Numbered from the stretch's first letter, positions 40,719 to 52,383 are shown. The stretch is DNA of 64,000 bases from an uncultured Eubacteriales bacterium (GCA_900544545.1 UQVY01000003.1:10862-74861); one strand, 5' to 3'. The notes: generated by a model not told the origin, from the letters alone. Numbers and translations: made by a program.

Positions 40719-40866
40719 CGGACAGTCCGACCGAGGATTTCCGAGAGAAAAAGAGGAGCATCGGTCTGAGTCGGAATATCGGGCTGCTGAATATCGGACG
40801 GCGGAGGATTTTCGGGAGAAAACGAGGGTTTTCGGCGTTATGAGGAAGGGAAATACCGGCAGGTTA

Positions 40867-40895
40867 TTGATTTATGAAAAAAAATATGCTATAAT
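40867..40895 (+). promoter_or_regulatory. Candidate promoter for tldD-pmbA with extended -10
   Basis: TTGATT, 17 nt, TGc-TATAAT. An 8-bp hairpin gacggaag/cttccgtc starts at about the +1 position. Confidence 0.45.
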
Positions 40896-40994
40896 CAGGA
40901 CGGAAGACGAAAAGCTTCCGTCTTTATTATCGTAAGCAAACGGCTGCCGACGGCTTTCCGCCGAATCCCAACGGCACCGTAAGAGAGAAGAATT

Positions 40995-42335
40995 ATGTAT
41001 AACTTCAGAAAAGGATACTATTCGGACGTAAGAATCGAGAACCGTTTCGATACGACCCTTGCCTTTCAGGACAAGAAAGTCCGGCAGGTTCTCGAGAGAA
41101 CGGAAAAAAGAGCGTTCATAAGAGTTTATAACGGAAAGATGTGGTATTACTCGTCCGTTACGGATATCGACCATATCCAGAAGGAGCTGGACGCGCTCTA
41201 CGACCTCGCCGAACCCGCTCCGGATATCGACGAAAATCCCGTAGTCAGAAAATTCGAGGTCAATAAAGCCGACGTCAGAAAATTCAACGGCGAAAACAGC
41301 GTAAGGAACGTTTCCGTCGAAGAAAAGAGAGCGTTTACGGAACGTTATCTCGATGTGGCGGCGGAAGGAAAATACACCGTTATGAGCAACGTTATGTATA
41401 TGGACAAGAACTACGACTTCTGTTTCTGTTCCTCCAAGGGAGCGGAACTCCGCCACGATTTTCAGGTAGCCGGAATCGTCGTTCTTATGCAGCTCGCCGA
41501 CGGCGACAGAAGAGAGTCGGCGTATATGGTTTCCTCCGCGTCGGATTTCGCGGGGATCAAGGACCCCGCGGAGAAAATCAGAAAGGAATACGCGGAGTCG
41601 GAGAACTTCCTCCTCAACAGCGTTCCCTGCGAAAAGGGAGATTTCCCCGTCATTCTCTCGCCGAAGGTTGCGGGAGTTTTCGCGCACGAGAGCTTCGGAC
41701 ACAAGAGCGAAGCGGACTTTATGGTGGGCGACGAAACGATGAAGAAGGAATGGACCATCGGAAAACAGATCGCTTCGCCCATACTTTCGATAGTGGATTC
41801 GGGGCTCGAGGAAGGCTCGGGCTACGTTCCCTTCGACGACGACGGAACAGCCGCGAAAAAGACCTACCTCATCGAAAAGGGCGTTCTCAAGGGACGTCTG
41901 CATTCGGCGGTAACGGCGGACATTCTCGGCGAGGAACTTACCGGTAACTCGAGGGCTTTGGACTGCACCTTCGAACCCATCGTAAGAATGACCACGACCT
42001 ATATAGAAGGAGGCGACAGCACCTTCGAGGAACTCGTGAGCAAGGTCAAATTCGGATACTTCATCAAGGATTACAAGCACGGCTCGGGTATGAGTACGTT
42101 TACTATCGCGCCCAACAAGGCTTACGAAATCAAGGACGGTAAAATCACCCGCCCCGTAAGAATCTCGGTCATCTCCGGAAACGTCTTCGAAACCCTCGGA
42201 CTCATCGACGGACTCAGCAAAAATACCGAAATCGAAATCGACGTTACCGGCGGCTGCGGCAAGATGGAGCAGAGCCCGCTTCCCGTAGGACTCGGAGGAC
42301 CGTACGTTTCCGTTTCCAGAATGAGCGTAAAGTAG
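40995..42335 (+). CDS. tldD: TldD-family metalloprotease
   Basis: HEXXXGH-type motif AHESFGHKSE. GGCGK near the C-terminus. 446 aa. Confidence 0.85.
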   Translation: MYNFRKGYYSDVRIENRFDTTLAFQDKKVRQVLERTEKRAFIRVYNGKMWYYSSVTDIDHIQKELDALYDLAEPAPDIDENPVVRKFEVNKADVRKFNGENSVRNVSVEEKRAFTERYLDVAAEGKYTVMSNVMYMDKNYDFCFCSSKGAELRHDFQVAGIVVLMQLADGDRRESAYMVSSASDFAGIKDPAEKIRKEYAESENFLLNSVPCEKGDFPVILSPKVAGVFAHESFGHKSEADFMVGDETMKKEWTIGKQIASPILSIVDSGLEEGSGYVPFDDDGTAAKKTYLIEKGVLKGRLHSAVTADILGEELTGNSRALDCTFEPIVRMTTTYIEGGDSTFEELVSKVKFGYFIKDYKHGSGMSTFTIAPNKAYEIKDGKITRPVRISVISGNVFETLGLIDGLSKNTEIEIDVTGGCGKMEQSPLPVGLGGPYVSVSRMSVK

Positions 42336-42347
42336 GAGGTCAGAACA

Positions 42348-43574
42348 ATGAAAGAGAAAATCAGGAGAAGCACCGAAAGCATTACCGTAGGAATTATGGG
42401 CGGAAAGGTCAGCTCTTACAGAAAGAAACAGGAGGAGACCACGACGGTCAGAGTCTATAAGGACGGATACATAGGCGTCGCGGGAGCAATCGGAGAATGC
42501 GACGAAAAGGAACTCGAAAATAAAGCCGCGAAAATGCTCGACAACAGGATTGTCTACCCGTGCGTTGCGGGCGAAAAGCTCGTAAGAAGCGAATCCGGTC
42601 CCGTGCTTAACGTAAGTGACGCGGACATAATCAGACTCACCGAAAAGCTTCTTTCCCGTCTCGAAAAGGAAACGCCGAACTTTATTTACAGCCAGAGCGT
42701 GAAGATTTACAGGCTTTCGACCGCTTACGAAAACGACGACTGTACGAAGCTCTCCCACCGCGGAGCCTTTATCGTAGTCGGACTCGTCATCAAGGACAAG
42801 GGCAGCGCGAACGTCTTCGACGCAAGCTATTTCGTGAGCCTTACCGATTACGACGAGGATAAGGTCGTCGCGGACATAAAGAATCTTTACGAAGCGTATT
42901 ACAGGGAAGCCGAAATCCAAGAGGGCGAGTATGTCGTGGCTATGAATCCGGGGGAGCTTATCGGCGGATTCGTTTACCAAAACTTCGAGGGCGAAAAGTA
43001 CGCAAAGGGCGCGTCGCTGCTTTCCGGGAAACTCGGAGAAAAGCTTTTCGGCGAAAAAGTAACGATGTATTCCGATTACGCGAAGAATCCCGAATCGGAG
43101 CCGTTCTTCGATGCGGAAGGCACGGTTATCCCGGGCGACAGGTTCTACTATATAAAGGACGGCATATTCTGCGGAGTAGCCGCAAGCAAGAGAGTTTCCG
43201 CACTTTATGACCTTCCTCTTTCGGGAAGCGGAGCTTCGGGTTACGATACCGTACCTTCCTGCTCGATGAGAGGCTCTCTCATCGTCGCAAAGGACGGAAG
43301 AACCTTCGACGAAATCGCGGGCGGTCGTCCCGTTATCATTCCGTGTATGGCTTCGGGCGGAGATTTCACGCCCACGGGCGACTTCTCCACTCCCGTGCAG
43401 ATGGCTCTTCTCTATAAGGACGGAAAACTCGTCGGAAGAATCAGGGGCGATTTCAGCATCTCGGCAAACTTCTTCGATATGCTCGGAAAAGACTTCGAGG
43501 GAAGCGCCGTCAACGTTATGACCAAAGCCAGGGACGAGGACGCGATTCTCGTCAGAATGACGGTCAGGAAATAA
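42348..43574 (+). CDS. pmbA: TldE/PmbA-family protein (partner of TldD)
   Basis: Paralogous fold without the HExxxH motif, adjacent to tldD. 408 aa. Confidence 0.78.
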   Translation: MKEKIRRSTESITVGIMGGKVSSYRKKQEETTTVRVYKDGYIGVAGAIGECDEKELENKAAKMLDNRIVYPCVAGEKLVRSESGPVLNVSDADIIRLTEKLLSRLEKETPNFIYSQSVKIYRLSTAYENDDCTKLSHRGAFIVVGLVIKDKGSANVFDASYFVSLTDYDEDKVVADIKNLYEAYYREAEIQEGEYVVAMNPGELIGGFVYQNFEGEKYAKGASLLSGKLGEKLFGEKVTMYSDYAKNPESEPFFDAEGTVIPGDRFYYIKDGIFCGVAASKRVSALYDLPLSGSGASGYDTVPSCSMRGSLIVAKDGRTFDEIAGGRPVIIPCMASGGDFTPTGDFSTPVQMALLYKDGKLVGRIRGDFSISANFFDMLGKDFEGSAVNVMTKARDEDAILVRMTVRK

Positions 43575-43642
43575 AAGAGCTTTCGCCGCCGTGCGTAATA
43601 GCGAAAACAGACGGGCGGAATTCTTTTAAAAGATACGAAATC

Positions 43643-43677
43643 GGGGCGGTTGACGTTGACAACCGCCCCTTTTTTTG
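43643..43677 (+). terminator. Rho-independent terminator after pmbA
   Basis: ggggcggttg-acgttga-caaccgcccc, a perfect 10-bp stem, followed by TTTTTTT. Confidence 0.85.
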
Positions 43678-43769
43678 TTAAAATGTAAAATGTAATAGTA
43701 GCGCGCGTAAATAAACCGTAATACGGAGTATAATAAAACGAGGCTGCCGTTATCAAGGAGGAATGAATT

Positions 43770-44420
43770 TTGATCAGGTTCGAGGACGTTAAAAACAGTC
43801 CGGAAATCAATAGTTTTATAAAGGCGGGCAACGAAGTTCTCGGCGAACTCGGATATACCGAGCACGGCTTCGGACACGCTATGAAATGCGCTACTCTCGC
43901 GGGAAGCATAGTGGAGGAATTCGGCGGCTCGGAAAGAGAAGCCGAGCTTGCGAGAATAGCGGGTTATATGCACGATATAGGGAACATGGTCAACAGATAC
44001 GACCACGCTCAGACGGGAGCGATTCTCGCCATAGATATTTTAAGAAGAATGGGTATGGCTTCCGAAGAATACGCCCGTATCGCCGCAGCCATAGGCAATC
44101 ACGACGAAGGCACGGGCAAGGTCGTCAGCAATATCTCGGCGGCTCTTATTCTCGCCGATAAGGCGGACGTCCACAGAGCGCGCGTCAGAAGCCTTTTCAT
44201 CAACGACGATATTCACGACAGAGTCAATTACGCGGTTACCGAGAGCGGACTTTACGTCGAAAACAAGAAGATAGTGCTCAAGCTCACCATAGACACGGAG
44301 ATATGCTCGGTCATAGAGTATTTCAAGATATTCCTTAACCGTATGTATATGTGTCAGTCGGCGGCTCATTATCTCGGAACGCAGTTTTCGCTCTGCATAA
44401 ACAATACGGTTCTGATGTAG
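43770..44420 (+). CDS. HD-domain phosphohydrolase
   Basis: TTG start 9 nt after AGGAGG. HGFGH...YMHDIGN HD signature. 216 aa. Confidence 0.75.
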   Translation: MIRFEDVKNSPEINSFIKAGNEVLGELGYTEHGFGHAMKCATLAGSIVEEFGGSEREAELARIAGYMHDIGNMVNRYDHAQTGAILAIDILRRMGMASEEYARIAAAIGNHDEGTGKVVSNISAALILADKADVHRARVRSLFINDDIHDRVNYAVTESGLYVENKKIVLKLTIDTEICSVIEYFKIFLNRMYMCQSAAHYLGTQFSLCINNTVLM

Positions 44421-44532
44421 GATTATTCCGCTTTGCCGAGGGCGGAAGGAATTCTTCCCGAGGACGGGCGGTTTTATATAGATATTCTCAGGACGGGAAT
44501 CGTCCGCTTACACGGGGAGAAAGTGAAGTAAT

Positions 44533-46182
44533 ATGGATCTCGTATCAAACATAGTTTTCCTGTTCGCAGGCGTGGGCATCTTTATGCTCGCGATACATAT
44601 GACCAGCGAAAGTATGGAAAAAATCGCCAGCGACAAGCTCAGGAAGCTTCTCGACAAGCTTTCGGGAAACAAGCTTTCGGGCGTGGGCATAGGCGCGGGA
44701 GTCACCGCGATTATTCAGAGCTCGTCGGCGACTACGGTTATGGTCGTGGGTATGGTAAACGCGGGCATAATGACGCTGACTCAGGCGACGAATATCATTA
44801 TGGGCGCGAACATCGGTACGACCGTCACCGGTCTTATAGCCGCTCTTCCGACGCTCTCGGCAGGCTCGGATTTTCCGTCGCCCACGGATCTGCTGATGCT
44901 TTTAAGCTTCATCGGCGTGATTATGAATATGGTCGGAAGAAACGACCGCATAAAGACCTGGGGAAACTTCCTCGCCGGATTCGGAGCGGTTTTCGTCGGA
45001 CTTAAATGTATGTCGATGTCGATGGAATTTATGGCCGAGCTTCCGGAATTCAAAAACGCGCTCATAGCCGTTACCAATCCCTTCCTTCTTCTTATGATAG
45101 GAGCGGTGTTTACGGGTATAATCCAGAGTTCCGCCGCGGTTGCGGGTATCCTCATAACTATGGCGAGCAACGGACTCATTATCGGCGGGGGCGGAAACGC
45201 GATGCTTTACGTCGTACTCGGAACCAACATCGGAACGTGCGTCACCGCGGTCATCGCGAGTATCGGCGGAGCGACCAACGGTAAGAGAGCCTCTCTTATC
45301 CACCTGATGTTCAATATCCTCGGCTCGGTATTCTTCTTCATAGTTATGGTGCTGTGGACGGACTTCTACGACGGATTCCTCTGCAGAATCCTCGGCGGAA
45401 ACCACGGACTCGCAATTGCGGTGTTCCACGTCGTGTTCAACCTTATTTCCACGCTGATTTTGCTCCCGTTTTCCAAGGTTCTCGTCAAAATCGCGGAAAA
45501 GCTCGTCAGGTCCAGACCCGAAAAAGCCAAGTATAAACTCGCTTTCATCGAGGACAGAATCCTTAAAACTCCTTCCATAGCCATAGACCAGCTTCTCAAG
45601 GAAACCAAAAGGCTCGCGGAGCTTTCGAGAAGAATCCTCAGAACGAGCGTGGAAGCCTTCCTCGACGCGGATGCGTCCAAGGACGGCAGCGTCAGGGAAG
45701 CTATGGAGGAAATAAGCTTCATCGTCGGAGAAATCAATAAATTCCTCGTCAAGGTCAACGCCGTGGACCTTTCGGCAAGAGATAAACTCGCGGCGTCCAA
45801 TCTCCATCACGTTATAAGCGACTTCGAAAGAATAGCCGACCTCGCGACGAATATTATGAGATATACCGTCAACGCGAGGGACAGGAATCTTTGCTTCTCG
45901 GAGGCGATTCAGAGCGAAGTCAGGGGAATGTATCAGGATATAGACGATATGTTCGAACTCGTAATCGGAGATATTGCGAGAAGATCGTCCGAGAACAGAG
46001 CCTCCATCTACGAAATAGAGGACGAGGTAGACTCTTACAGGACGAACAACCTCGAAAACCATATAGAAAGAATGAACCGCGGAGAATGTAATCCCGACAG
46101 CGGCGGAATCTATATGAATACGATAAACAACCTCGAAAGAGCAGCCGACCACCTCGTGTTTATCGCGGAAAGAGACCTTTAA
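44533..46182 (+). CDS. Na+/phosphate cotransporter family protein with C-terminal PhoU-like repeats
   Basis: Duplicated QSSSATT / QSSAAV motifs in the TM region. Helical cytoplasmic C-terminal half. Confidence 0.88.
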   Translation: MDLVSNIVFLFAGVGIFMLAIHMTSESMEKIASDKLRKLLDKLSGNKLSGVGIGAGVTAIIQSSSATTVMVVGMVNAGIMTLTQATNIIMGANIGTTVTGLIAALPTLSAGSDFPSPTDLLMLLSFIGVIMNMVGRNDRIKTWGNFLAGFGAVFVGLKCMSMSMEFMAELPEFKNALIAVTNPFLLLMIGAVFTGIIQSSAAVAGILITMASNGLIIGGGGNAMLYVVLGTNIGTCVTAVIASIGGATNGKRASLIHLMFNILGSVFFFIVMVLWTDFYDGFLCRILGGNHGLAIAVFHVVFNLISTLILLPFSKVLVKIAEKLVRSRPEKAKYKLAFIEDRILKTPSIAIDQLLKETKRLAELSRRILRTSVEAFLDADASKDGSVREAMEEISFIVGEINKFLVKVNAVDLSARDKLAASNLHHVISDFERIADLATNIMRYTVNARDRNLCFSEAIQSEVRGMYQDIDDMFELVIGDIARRSSENRASIYEIEDEVDSYRTNNLENHIERMNRGECNPDSGGIYMNTINNLERAADHLVFIAERDL

Positions 46183-46340
46183 GCAAAAACAGCCAAGCCT
46201 TTGCGGAATAAAGCCGCAAGGGCGTTTGCGGTTAAGCGGGAGGATAGATTTCCGCACCGTGAAATACGGGCGGAACCGAAAATTGCATACGCGCCGTCGC
46301 AGGGAGCGGCGGCTTTTATTCGATACGGAGAGAAAACGCT

Positions 46341-48416
46341 ATGAAATCCACGAAAAAAACGGACGAAGGACAAATCGGATTCGATATAAACGCGGCCGAA
46401 ACCGAAAAGCCCGCGAAACGCGGCCGTAAAACCGCCGCAGAAAAGCCCGCGGAAAAGACGGGAACGGATTACGACGTTTCGGCGATAAAGGTCCTCGAGG
46501 GACTGGAAGCCGTAAGAGTGCGTCCGGGTATGTATATAGGAAATACCGACAAGACGGGGCTTCACCATATCTTATGGGAGATTATAGACAACTCCGTGGA
46601 CGAAGCGGCGAACGGATTCGGCGATCTTATAGAAGTTACGATTCACGCGGACGGAAGCGCGACCGTTTCGGACAGAGGAAGGGGAATTCCCGTCGATATT
46701 TCCGCGCAGTATAAGGTTTCGGGCGTGGAACTGGTGTTTACCAGGCTTCACGCGGGCGGAAAGTTCGAGAATAAGGTTTACGGCACGACGGGCGGACTTC
46801 ACGGAGTGGGCGCGAGCGTTACCAACGCGCTCAGCAAGTGGCTTACGGCGGAGATATACAAGGACGGAAAGAAGTATACCTTCAGATTCCGCACGGTAAG
46901 GCGGAGAGGAAAGCTTCTTGCGGGAGAGCCCGACGGAGAACCGACGGTCGAAACGGTAAAGGGAGAAAGGACGGGTACTACGGTTACGTTTATGCCCGAC
47001 GCGGAGGTCTTCGGAGATGCGGAATTCGACGCGGACACCGTCGAAGAAAGGCTCAGAGAGCTTTCTTTCCTCAATAAGGGAGTCAGGTTCGTTTATACCG
47101 ACGAAAGAATCGGACGGAAGGACGAATTCCTCTCGAAAAAAGGTCTTCCCGACTTCCTCAACTTCCTCACGGGCGACGAAACCCTTCTGCGCTCGCCGGT
47201 ATTCATAAGCGGACGGTCGGGCGACGGGAATAAGTTATGGGCGGAGGTGGCTTTCGATTTCGCCAACACCTTCGGCGACAGGATAGTTTCCTACGTCAAC
47301 AATATCCCGACGATAAACGGAGGTTCGCACGAAACGGGCTTCAAGTCGGGACTGACCAAGGTCCTCAACGACTTCGCGAGGGCGAATAAGCTCGTAAAGG
47401 AAAAGGACGATACTCCGCAGGGCGACGATTACAGAGAGGGAATGACCGCCGTCGTTTCCATAAAGCTCGAGGAGGTTCAGTTCGAGGGACAGACCAAAGG
47501 AAAACTCGGAAACGCCGAAGTCAAGAGTATGATGGAGGGCGTGGTAGTTTCGGCTCTCGGAGATTATCTTCAGACGAAGGAAGGCAAAAAGAACGGCGAG
47601 ATCATCGTAAAAAGAGCGCTCGAAGCGCAGAAGCTCAGAGTTAAGATAAGCAAGGAAAAAGAGCTTGCCAAGCTCAACAACACCCTCGACGGACAACTCA
47701 ATCTCGTCGGAAAGCTCAGCGGTTGCACCGGAAGGGACGTTTCGGTAAACGAACTCTATATAGTCGAGGGAGATTCCGCGGGAGGAAGCGCGAAACAAGC
47801 CAGGGACAGAAGATTTCAGGCGATTCTTCCGCTCAAGGGAAAACCCCTCAATACCGAGAAAAGACAGCTCAATTCCATTCTCGACAACGACGAGATGAGG
47901 AGTATTATTTCGGCGATAGGAACCAATCTCGGGAATAAATTCGATATCAGGAAGCTCAAGTACGACAAGATAGTCATTTTAAGCGACGCGGATCAGGACG
48001 GAGCGCACATAAGAGCGATTTTACTGGCGTTTTTCCTTAGGTATATGAGAGAGCTTATCGAGGAGGGACATATTTACATAGGAATGCCGCCGCTTTACAG
48101 GGTTTACAAGAAGGATTTCACGGCTTATTGCTACGACGACGCCGAGCTTAAAGAGGTTATGGAAAAGTCGGGAAAGAACGCTTCTCTTCAGCGTTACAAA
48201 GGTCTCGGCGAAATGAATCCCGAACAGCTCTGGGAAACCACGCTCAATCCTAAATCGAGGTCGCTTATGAGAGTTACGATGGAGGATGCGGCGGCTGCCG
48301 ACAGAATAACGGACATTCTTATGGGCAACAATTCCAAGGTCAGACAGGCTTATATAATGGAACACGCCGACTTCAACAAGGGCGGCGACGAAACCGTCGA
48401 CAAGTATCTCGGTTAG
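46341..48416 (+). CDS. parE: Topoisomerase IV subunit B (second type IIA B subunit) with Lys-rich N-terminal extension
   Basis: [45 protein letters not shown]. Paired with an A subunit that lacks a GyrA box. Confidence 0.88.
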   Translation: MKSTKKTDEGQIGFDINAAETEKPAKRGRKTAAEKPAEKTGTDYDVSAIKVLEGLEAVRVRPGMYIGNTDKTGLHHILWEIIDNSVDEAANGFGDLIEVTIHADGSATVSDRGRGIPVDISAQYKVSGVELVFTRLHAGGKFENKVYGTTGGLHGVGASVTNALSKWLTAEIYKDGKKYTFRFRTVRRRGKLLAGEPDGEPTVETVKGERTGTTVTFMPDAEVFGDAEFDADTVEERLRELSFLNKGVRFVYTDERIGRKDEFLSKKGLPDFLNFLTGDETLLRSPVFISGRSGDGNKLWAEVAFDFANTFGDRIVSYVNNIPTINGGSHETGFKSGLTKVLNDFARANKLVKEKDDTPQGDDYREGMTAVVSIKLEEVQFEGQTKGKLGNAEVKSMMEGVVVSALGDYLQTKEGKKNGEIIVKRALEAQKLRVKISKEKELAKLNNTLDGQLNLVGKLSGCTGRDVSVNELYIVEGDSAGGSAKQARDRRFQAILPLKGKPLNTEKRQLNSILDNDEMRSIISAIGTNLGNKFDIRKLKYDKIVILSDADQDGAHIRAILLAFFLRYMRELIEEGHIYIGMPPLYRVYKKDFTAYCYDDAELKEVMEKSGKNASLQRYKGLGEMNPEQLWETTLNPKSRSLMRVTMEDAAAADRITDILMGNNSKVRQAYIMEHADFNKGGDETVDKYLG

Positions 48417-48443
48417 CGGGATTTCGCGGCGCAGGAGGAAGAA

Positions 48444-50834
48444 ATGGGAAGGACGAAAATCGCGGAAAAGACCGCCGTTCGCAGCGGAACGAATCTTATA
48501 TTCAAGGACATAGAGAAGGTAATGCACGATTCGATGCTGCCTTACGCCGAGCACGTTATTATGGAGCGCGCTCTGCCGAGAGTCGAGGACGGACTCAAAC
48601 CGGTTCAGAGAAGGATTCTCTATACTATGCACGAACTCGGAGTTACTCCCGACAAGCCTACGCTCAAAAGCGCGAGAATCGTCGGCGACTGTATGGGTAA
48701 GTATCATCCGCACGGCGACAGCTCCATTTATCAGGCGCTCGTCAGAATGGCTCAGGATTTCAACCTCTGTATGCCCCTCGTGGACGGTCAGGGCAACTTC
48801 GGAAGCAACGACGGCGACGGCGCGGCTGCTATGCGTTATACCGAAGCAAGGCTTTCTCCCCTCGCTACGGAGCTTCTTGCGGATATAGACGAAGGTACGG
48901 TTTCCTGGAGCCGCAACTACGACGACAGCCGTAAAGAGCCGGATATGCTCCCGGGAAGATTCCCAAATCTCCTCGTAAACGGCGCGAACGGAATCGCGGT
49001 AGGGCTTTCCACGAATATTCCGCCGCATAATTTCGCCGAAGTCATAGACGCCTGCGCGGCTTACATAGACGACGGGGACATAACCTCGGACGGACTTCTC
49101 AGATACGTGAAAGGTCCGGATTTTCCGACGGGCGGATACGTCATAGCTCCGAATCTCAGGGAGATCTACGAAACCGGAAACGGAAAACTCGTTCTTCGCG
49201 GAAAGCTCTCGGTCGAAACCGATTCTTCGGACAGAAAACTTCTCGTGGTTACGGAACTGCCCTATCAGGTCGTTCGCTCGCAATGGCTCGCGGAGGTCGC
49301 TAAACTCAAAGAGAGCAATAATATTCAGGAAATAGTCGATATAGTAGACGAATCGGACAAGGACGGAGTAAGAGCGGTCATAAAGCTCAGAAAGGACGCC
49401 GACGAAAAAGCAATTGCGGAGCTTCTTTATAAAAAGACCTCGCTCGAAGTCGCCTGCGCGGTCAATATGGTGGCTATCGCCGGAAACAAGCCCGTTCTGC
49501 TTTCCCTGAGGGACGCCGTCGCGTATTACGTGGAATATCAGAGAAAGGTAGTTACGGGAAGGACGGAATTCCGCCTCGGAAACGCCCGCGACAGAGAACA
49601 TATAGTCAACGGACTGGTTATAGCGGTCGGAAATATCGACGAAGTTATAGACATAATAAAGAAAGCCGAAAATACTCCCGCCGCAAAACGGAAGCTTATC
49701 GAAAGATTCTCTCTTTCGGATATTCAGGCGCAGGCTATACTCGACCTCAGACTTTCGAGAATAACCAAGCTCGAAACGAGCAGGCTTCTCGACGAACTGA
49801 AAGAACTGAGAGAGCTTATAGAATCGCTCTCGGGAATTCTGGGCGACGGACGAAAACTCGACGAGGTTATAAAGAGCGAGCTTGCGGCAATAAAAAAGAA
49901 ATACCGAGTCCCGAGAAGAAGCACGGTCGTTTCCTCTCCCGACGAATGTAAAATCCTCACCGAAGCAGATATAGTCATAGAGGACTTTTCGGTTACGGTT
50001 TCGGAGGACGGAAGAATAAAGAAAGTCCTTTCTTCCCGCGCGGGCGAATCGGGAAAAACCCTTTCCGTCGCGTCGGTCAAAGCGAAAACTCTCGATACGC
50101 TTCTCGGATTTACCGACGAAGGAAACTGCTTCAGGCTCCCGCTCTCGGAAATCCCCCTTTCGAAACAATCCTCCAAAGGCTCGGATATAAGGGATTACGT
50201 GAAATCTATGGGCGACGGCGAAAAAGTCGTTTCGCTCTTCTCCTACAAGGATATACCCGAAACCACGCTCGTATGGGCGACCGCGGACGGAAATCTCAAA
50301 CGCACCGAATTCAGGGAATGCGTTTCCGGAAAGTCGGAGTTCTTCCCCGTTATAAATCTTCGCGGCGAGGATAAGGTCGTTTCGGTTTCCGCGGCGAACG
50401 ACGGAGGACTTATGATGATAAGTCGCCTCGGAATGGGACTCAACGTTATGATTTCCGCCATTCCCGTTCAGGGCAGAGTTTCTTCGGGCGTACAGGGAAT
50501 GACTCTCGAGGAAGGGGATTCGGTCGTTTCGGCGGAGGCGGTCAGCGACGAGGGAGAAATCGTCCTTATGACCGACAAGGGCAGCGTAAAGAGAGTGTTC
50601 GTATTCGACTTCGAGCCTTCCGCCCGCAGAAGAAAGGGAGTCAAGGCTATCGAATTCGGAATAAACGGCTCGGAACTGGTTTTCGCGTCCTACGTAAGAG
50701 AGCCTTACGACATTCTCGTGAAAACCGACGCGGGCGAATATATCCTCAATACCGAGAATATATCCATAGAAACGCGACAGCATAAAGGCAAGGTCGTCAA
50801 TAAGGGCAAGGTTCTCGCGGCGGGCAGAATCTGA
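48444..50834 (+). CDS. parC: Topoisomerase IV subunit A
   Basis: [45 protein letters not shown]. No QxRGGxG GyrA box seen. Confidence 0.88.
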   Translation: MGRTKIAEKTAVRSGTNLIFKDIEKVMHDSMLPYAEHVIMERALPRVEDGLKPVQRRILYTMHELGVTPDKPTLKSARIVGDCMGKYHPHGDSSIYQALVRMAQDFNLCMPLVDGQGNFGSNDGDGAAAMRYTEARLSPLATELLADIDEGTVSWSRNYDDSRKEPDMLPGRFPNLLVNGANGIAVGLSTNIPPHNFAEVIDACAAYIDDGDITSDGLLRYVKGPDFPTGGYVIAPNLREIYETGNGKLVLRGKLSVETDSSDRKLLVVTELPYQVVRSQWLAEVAKLKESNNIQEIVDIVDESDKDGVRAVIKLRKDADEKAIAELLYKKTSLEVACAVNMVAIAGNKPVLLSLRDAVAYYVEYQRKVVTGRTEFRLGNARDREHIVNGLVIAVGNIDEVIDIIKKAENTPAAKRKLIERFSLSDIQAQAILDLRLSRITKLETSRLLDELKELRELIESLSGILGDGRKLDEVIKSELAAIKKKYRVPRRSTVVSSPDECKILTEADIVIEDFSVTVSEDGRIKKVLSSRAGESGKTLSVASVKAKTLDTLLGFTDEGNCFRLPLSEIPLSKQSSKGSDIRDYVKSMGDGEKVVSLFSYKDIPETTLVWATADGNLKRTEFRECVSGKSEFFPVINLRGEDKVVSVSAANDGGLMMISRLGMGLNVMISAIPVQGRVSSGVQGMTLEEGDSVVSAEAVSDEGEIVLMTDKGSVKRVFVFDFEPSARRRKGVKAIEFGINGSELVFASYVREPYDILVKTDAGEYILNTENISIETRQHKGKVVNKGKVLAAGRI

Positions 50835-50866
50835 CGACGAACGGACGCGGACAACGGAGGACCGAT

Positions 50867-51814
50867 ATGACTTTTACTCAGACCGTAAAGGCGGAAATAC
50901 TCAGAGGAATCGGAAAACCCGAGCCTTGTTGCAGAAAAGCTTATCTTTCGTCGCTTATCCGCTCGGCAGGCACGATAGGCTTCGGCGCGTCGGGATTTTC
51001 GCTTACCTTTTACAGCAAGAACGAAAAACTCGTCGGTTTTATCGAAAAACTTATAACCGAAGATTATCCGGAATGCGGCTATGCGGTCACGTCTGACGCG
51101 AAAACCAAGGTTTTCGGAACGGAAGTCCGCGACTCCGCGAGAATGCTCAGGGAATGCGGGATTATTTCGGCGGGAAAGTCCCTCGAACTCGTGGACGGAA
51201 TAAGCGACCTTTTCACGGACAGGGAGTGCTGCGCGAAAAGCTATCTCACGGGGCTGTTTCTCGGCTGCGGAACGGTAAAGATCCCCATAGCCTCCGACCT
51301 CACCGAGGACGTCAAGGGAGGCTATCACCTCGAACTCGCTCTTTTCAACTTCGATACGGCTCTCGATACGGTCCATCTTTTTTCGGAATTCGGATTCGAC
51401 GCCGGTCTCGGATACAGAAAAGAGAAACAGCTCGTCTACTTCAAAGACGGAGAAACCATAAGCGATCTTCTCGCGTTTTTCGGAGCGGGCGGAGGAGTTA
51501 TGACCATTCAGAATTCCATCGCGGCGAGAAGTATCCGGGCGGACGCGAACCGCGCGGGCAACTGTATTTCGGCAAACATAGACAAAGCCGTGGCAGCCGC
51601 GCAGAATCAGCTTCGGGCGATAGAATACATAGAAAAGACCGACGGTCTCGACTCGCTTTCTCCGCAGATGAAGGAAACGGCGATTTTAAGGAAGGCTTAT
51701 CCGGAGGCTACGCTCGAGGAGCTTACGGAAAAACATAACGGCGTCAGCAAAAGCGGCGTCAATCACAGACTCAGGGGGATAGTCAGAATTGCTCGGGAAA
51801 GAGAAGAACGCTGA
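50867..51814 (+). CDS. whiA: DNA-binding sporulation/cell-division regulator WhiA
   Basis: MTFTQTVKAEIL...CCRKAYLSSLIRSAG, degenerate LAGLIDADG-like middle region, C-terminal HTH (SKSGVNHRLR). Confidence 0.92.
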   Translation: MTFTQTVKAEILRGIGKPEPCCRKAYLSSLIRSAGTIGFGASGFSLTFYSKNEKLVGFIEKLITEDYPECGYAVTSDAKTKVFGTEVRDSARMLRECGIISAGKSLELVDGISDLFTDRECCAKSYLTGLFLGCGTVKIPIASDLTEDVKGGYHLELALFNFDTALDTVHLFSEFGFDAGLGYRKEKQLVYFKDGETISDLLAFFGAGGGVMTIQNSIAARSIRADANRAGNCISANIDKAVAAAQNQLRAIEYIEKTDGLDSLSPQMKETAILRKAYPEATLEELTEKHNGVSKSGVNHRLRGIVRIAREREER

Positions 51815-51815
51815 T

Positions 51816-52346
51816 TTGACTAAAGAGGCTCTCGGGAACCGCATTATGATCGTGGGCTGCGGAGGAGCCGGGAAAAGCACCTTCGCCGCGAAGCTCGGAG
51901 AACTCACGGGACTGCCCGTCTATCATCTGGACAGGTATTTCTGGCGGGACTGGCAGGAAACGCCCGAAAAGGAATGGACGGATAAGGTTACGGAGCTTGC
52001 GTCGGAGGACAGATGGATTATCGACGGGAACTATTCCGCGACTATGGAAATAAGACTTGAACGCGCGGATACGCTTATATGGCTGGATTACGGGACCTTG
52101 ACCTGTCTTTCGGGCGTATTGAAAAGAGTTTTCCGAAACAAAGGCAAGGTTCGTCCCGATATGGGCGAAGGCTGCTACGAGAAATTCGACTGGAGTTTCA
52201 TAAAATGGGTGCTGACCTTCAGAGGCAAACCTCGGAAAAGAATCGAAAGCCTTATAAACAAGCACTCGGAAAGAGTCAGAATCATAACTTTCAAAAACAG
52301 GAAAGCCGCCGGCGACTTTTTTGCGAATGTTTTTCGGACCCCGTGA
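51816..52346 (+). CDS. Topology-modulation / adenylate-kinase-like P-loop protein (FlaR-like)
   Basis: IMIVGCGGAGKSTFA P-loop followed by LPVYHLDRYFW. Start is uncertain: TTG 51789, TTG 51816 or ATG 51846. Confidence 0.7.
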   Translation: MTKEALGNRIMIVGCGGAGKSTFAAKLGELTGLPVYHLDRYFWRDWQETPEKEWTDKVTELASEDRWIIDGNYSATMEIRLERADTLIWLDYGTLTCLSGVLKRVFRNKGKVRPDMGEGCYEKFDWSFIKWVLTFRGKPRKRIESLINKHSERVRIITFKNRKAAGDFFANVFRTP

Positions 52347-52372
52347 ATATACGATTCGCGGGGCTTGTTTTT
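52339..52372 (+). terminator. Rho-independent terminator overlapping the stop codon
   Basis: ccccgtgaat-atacg-attcgcgggg, a 10-bp stem with one G-U pair, then CTTGTTTTT. Confidence 0.75.
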
Positions 52373-52383
52373 ATGCAGAAAAA

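Noticed and set aside
46341-50834. The second type IIA topoisomerase pair interpreted as a duplicated gyrase
   Set aside because: The A subunit lacks a GyrA-box-like QxRGGxG motif, which is present in the 30124 gene. Topoisomerase IV (parEC) is the ordinary interpretation.
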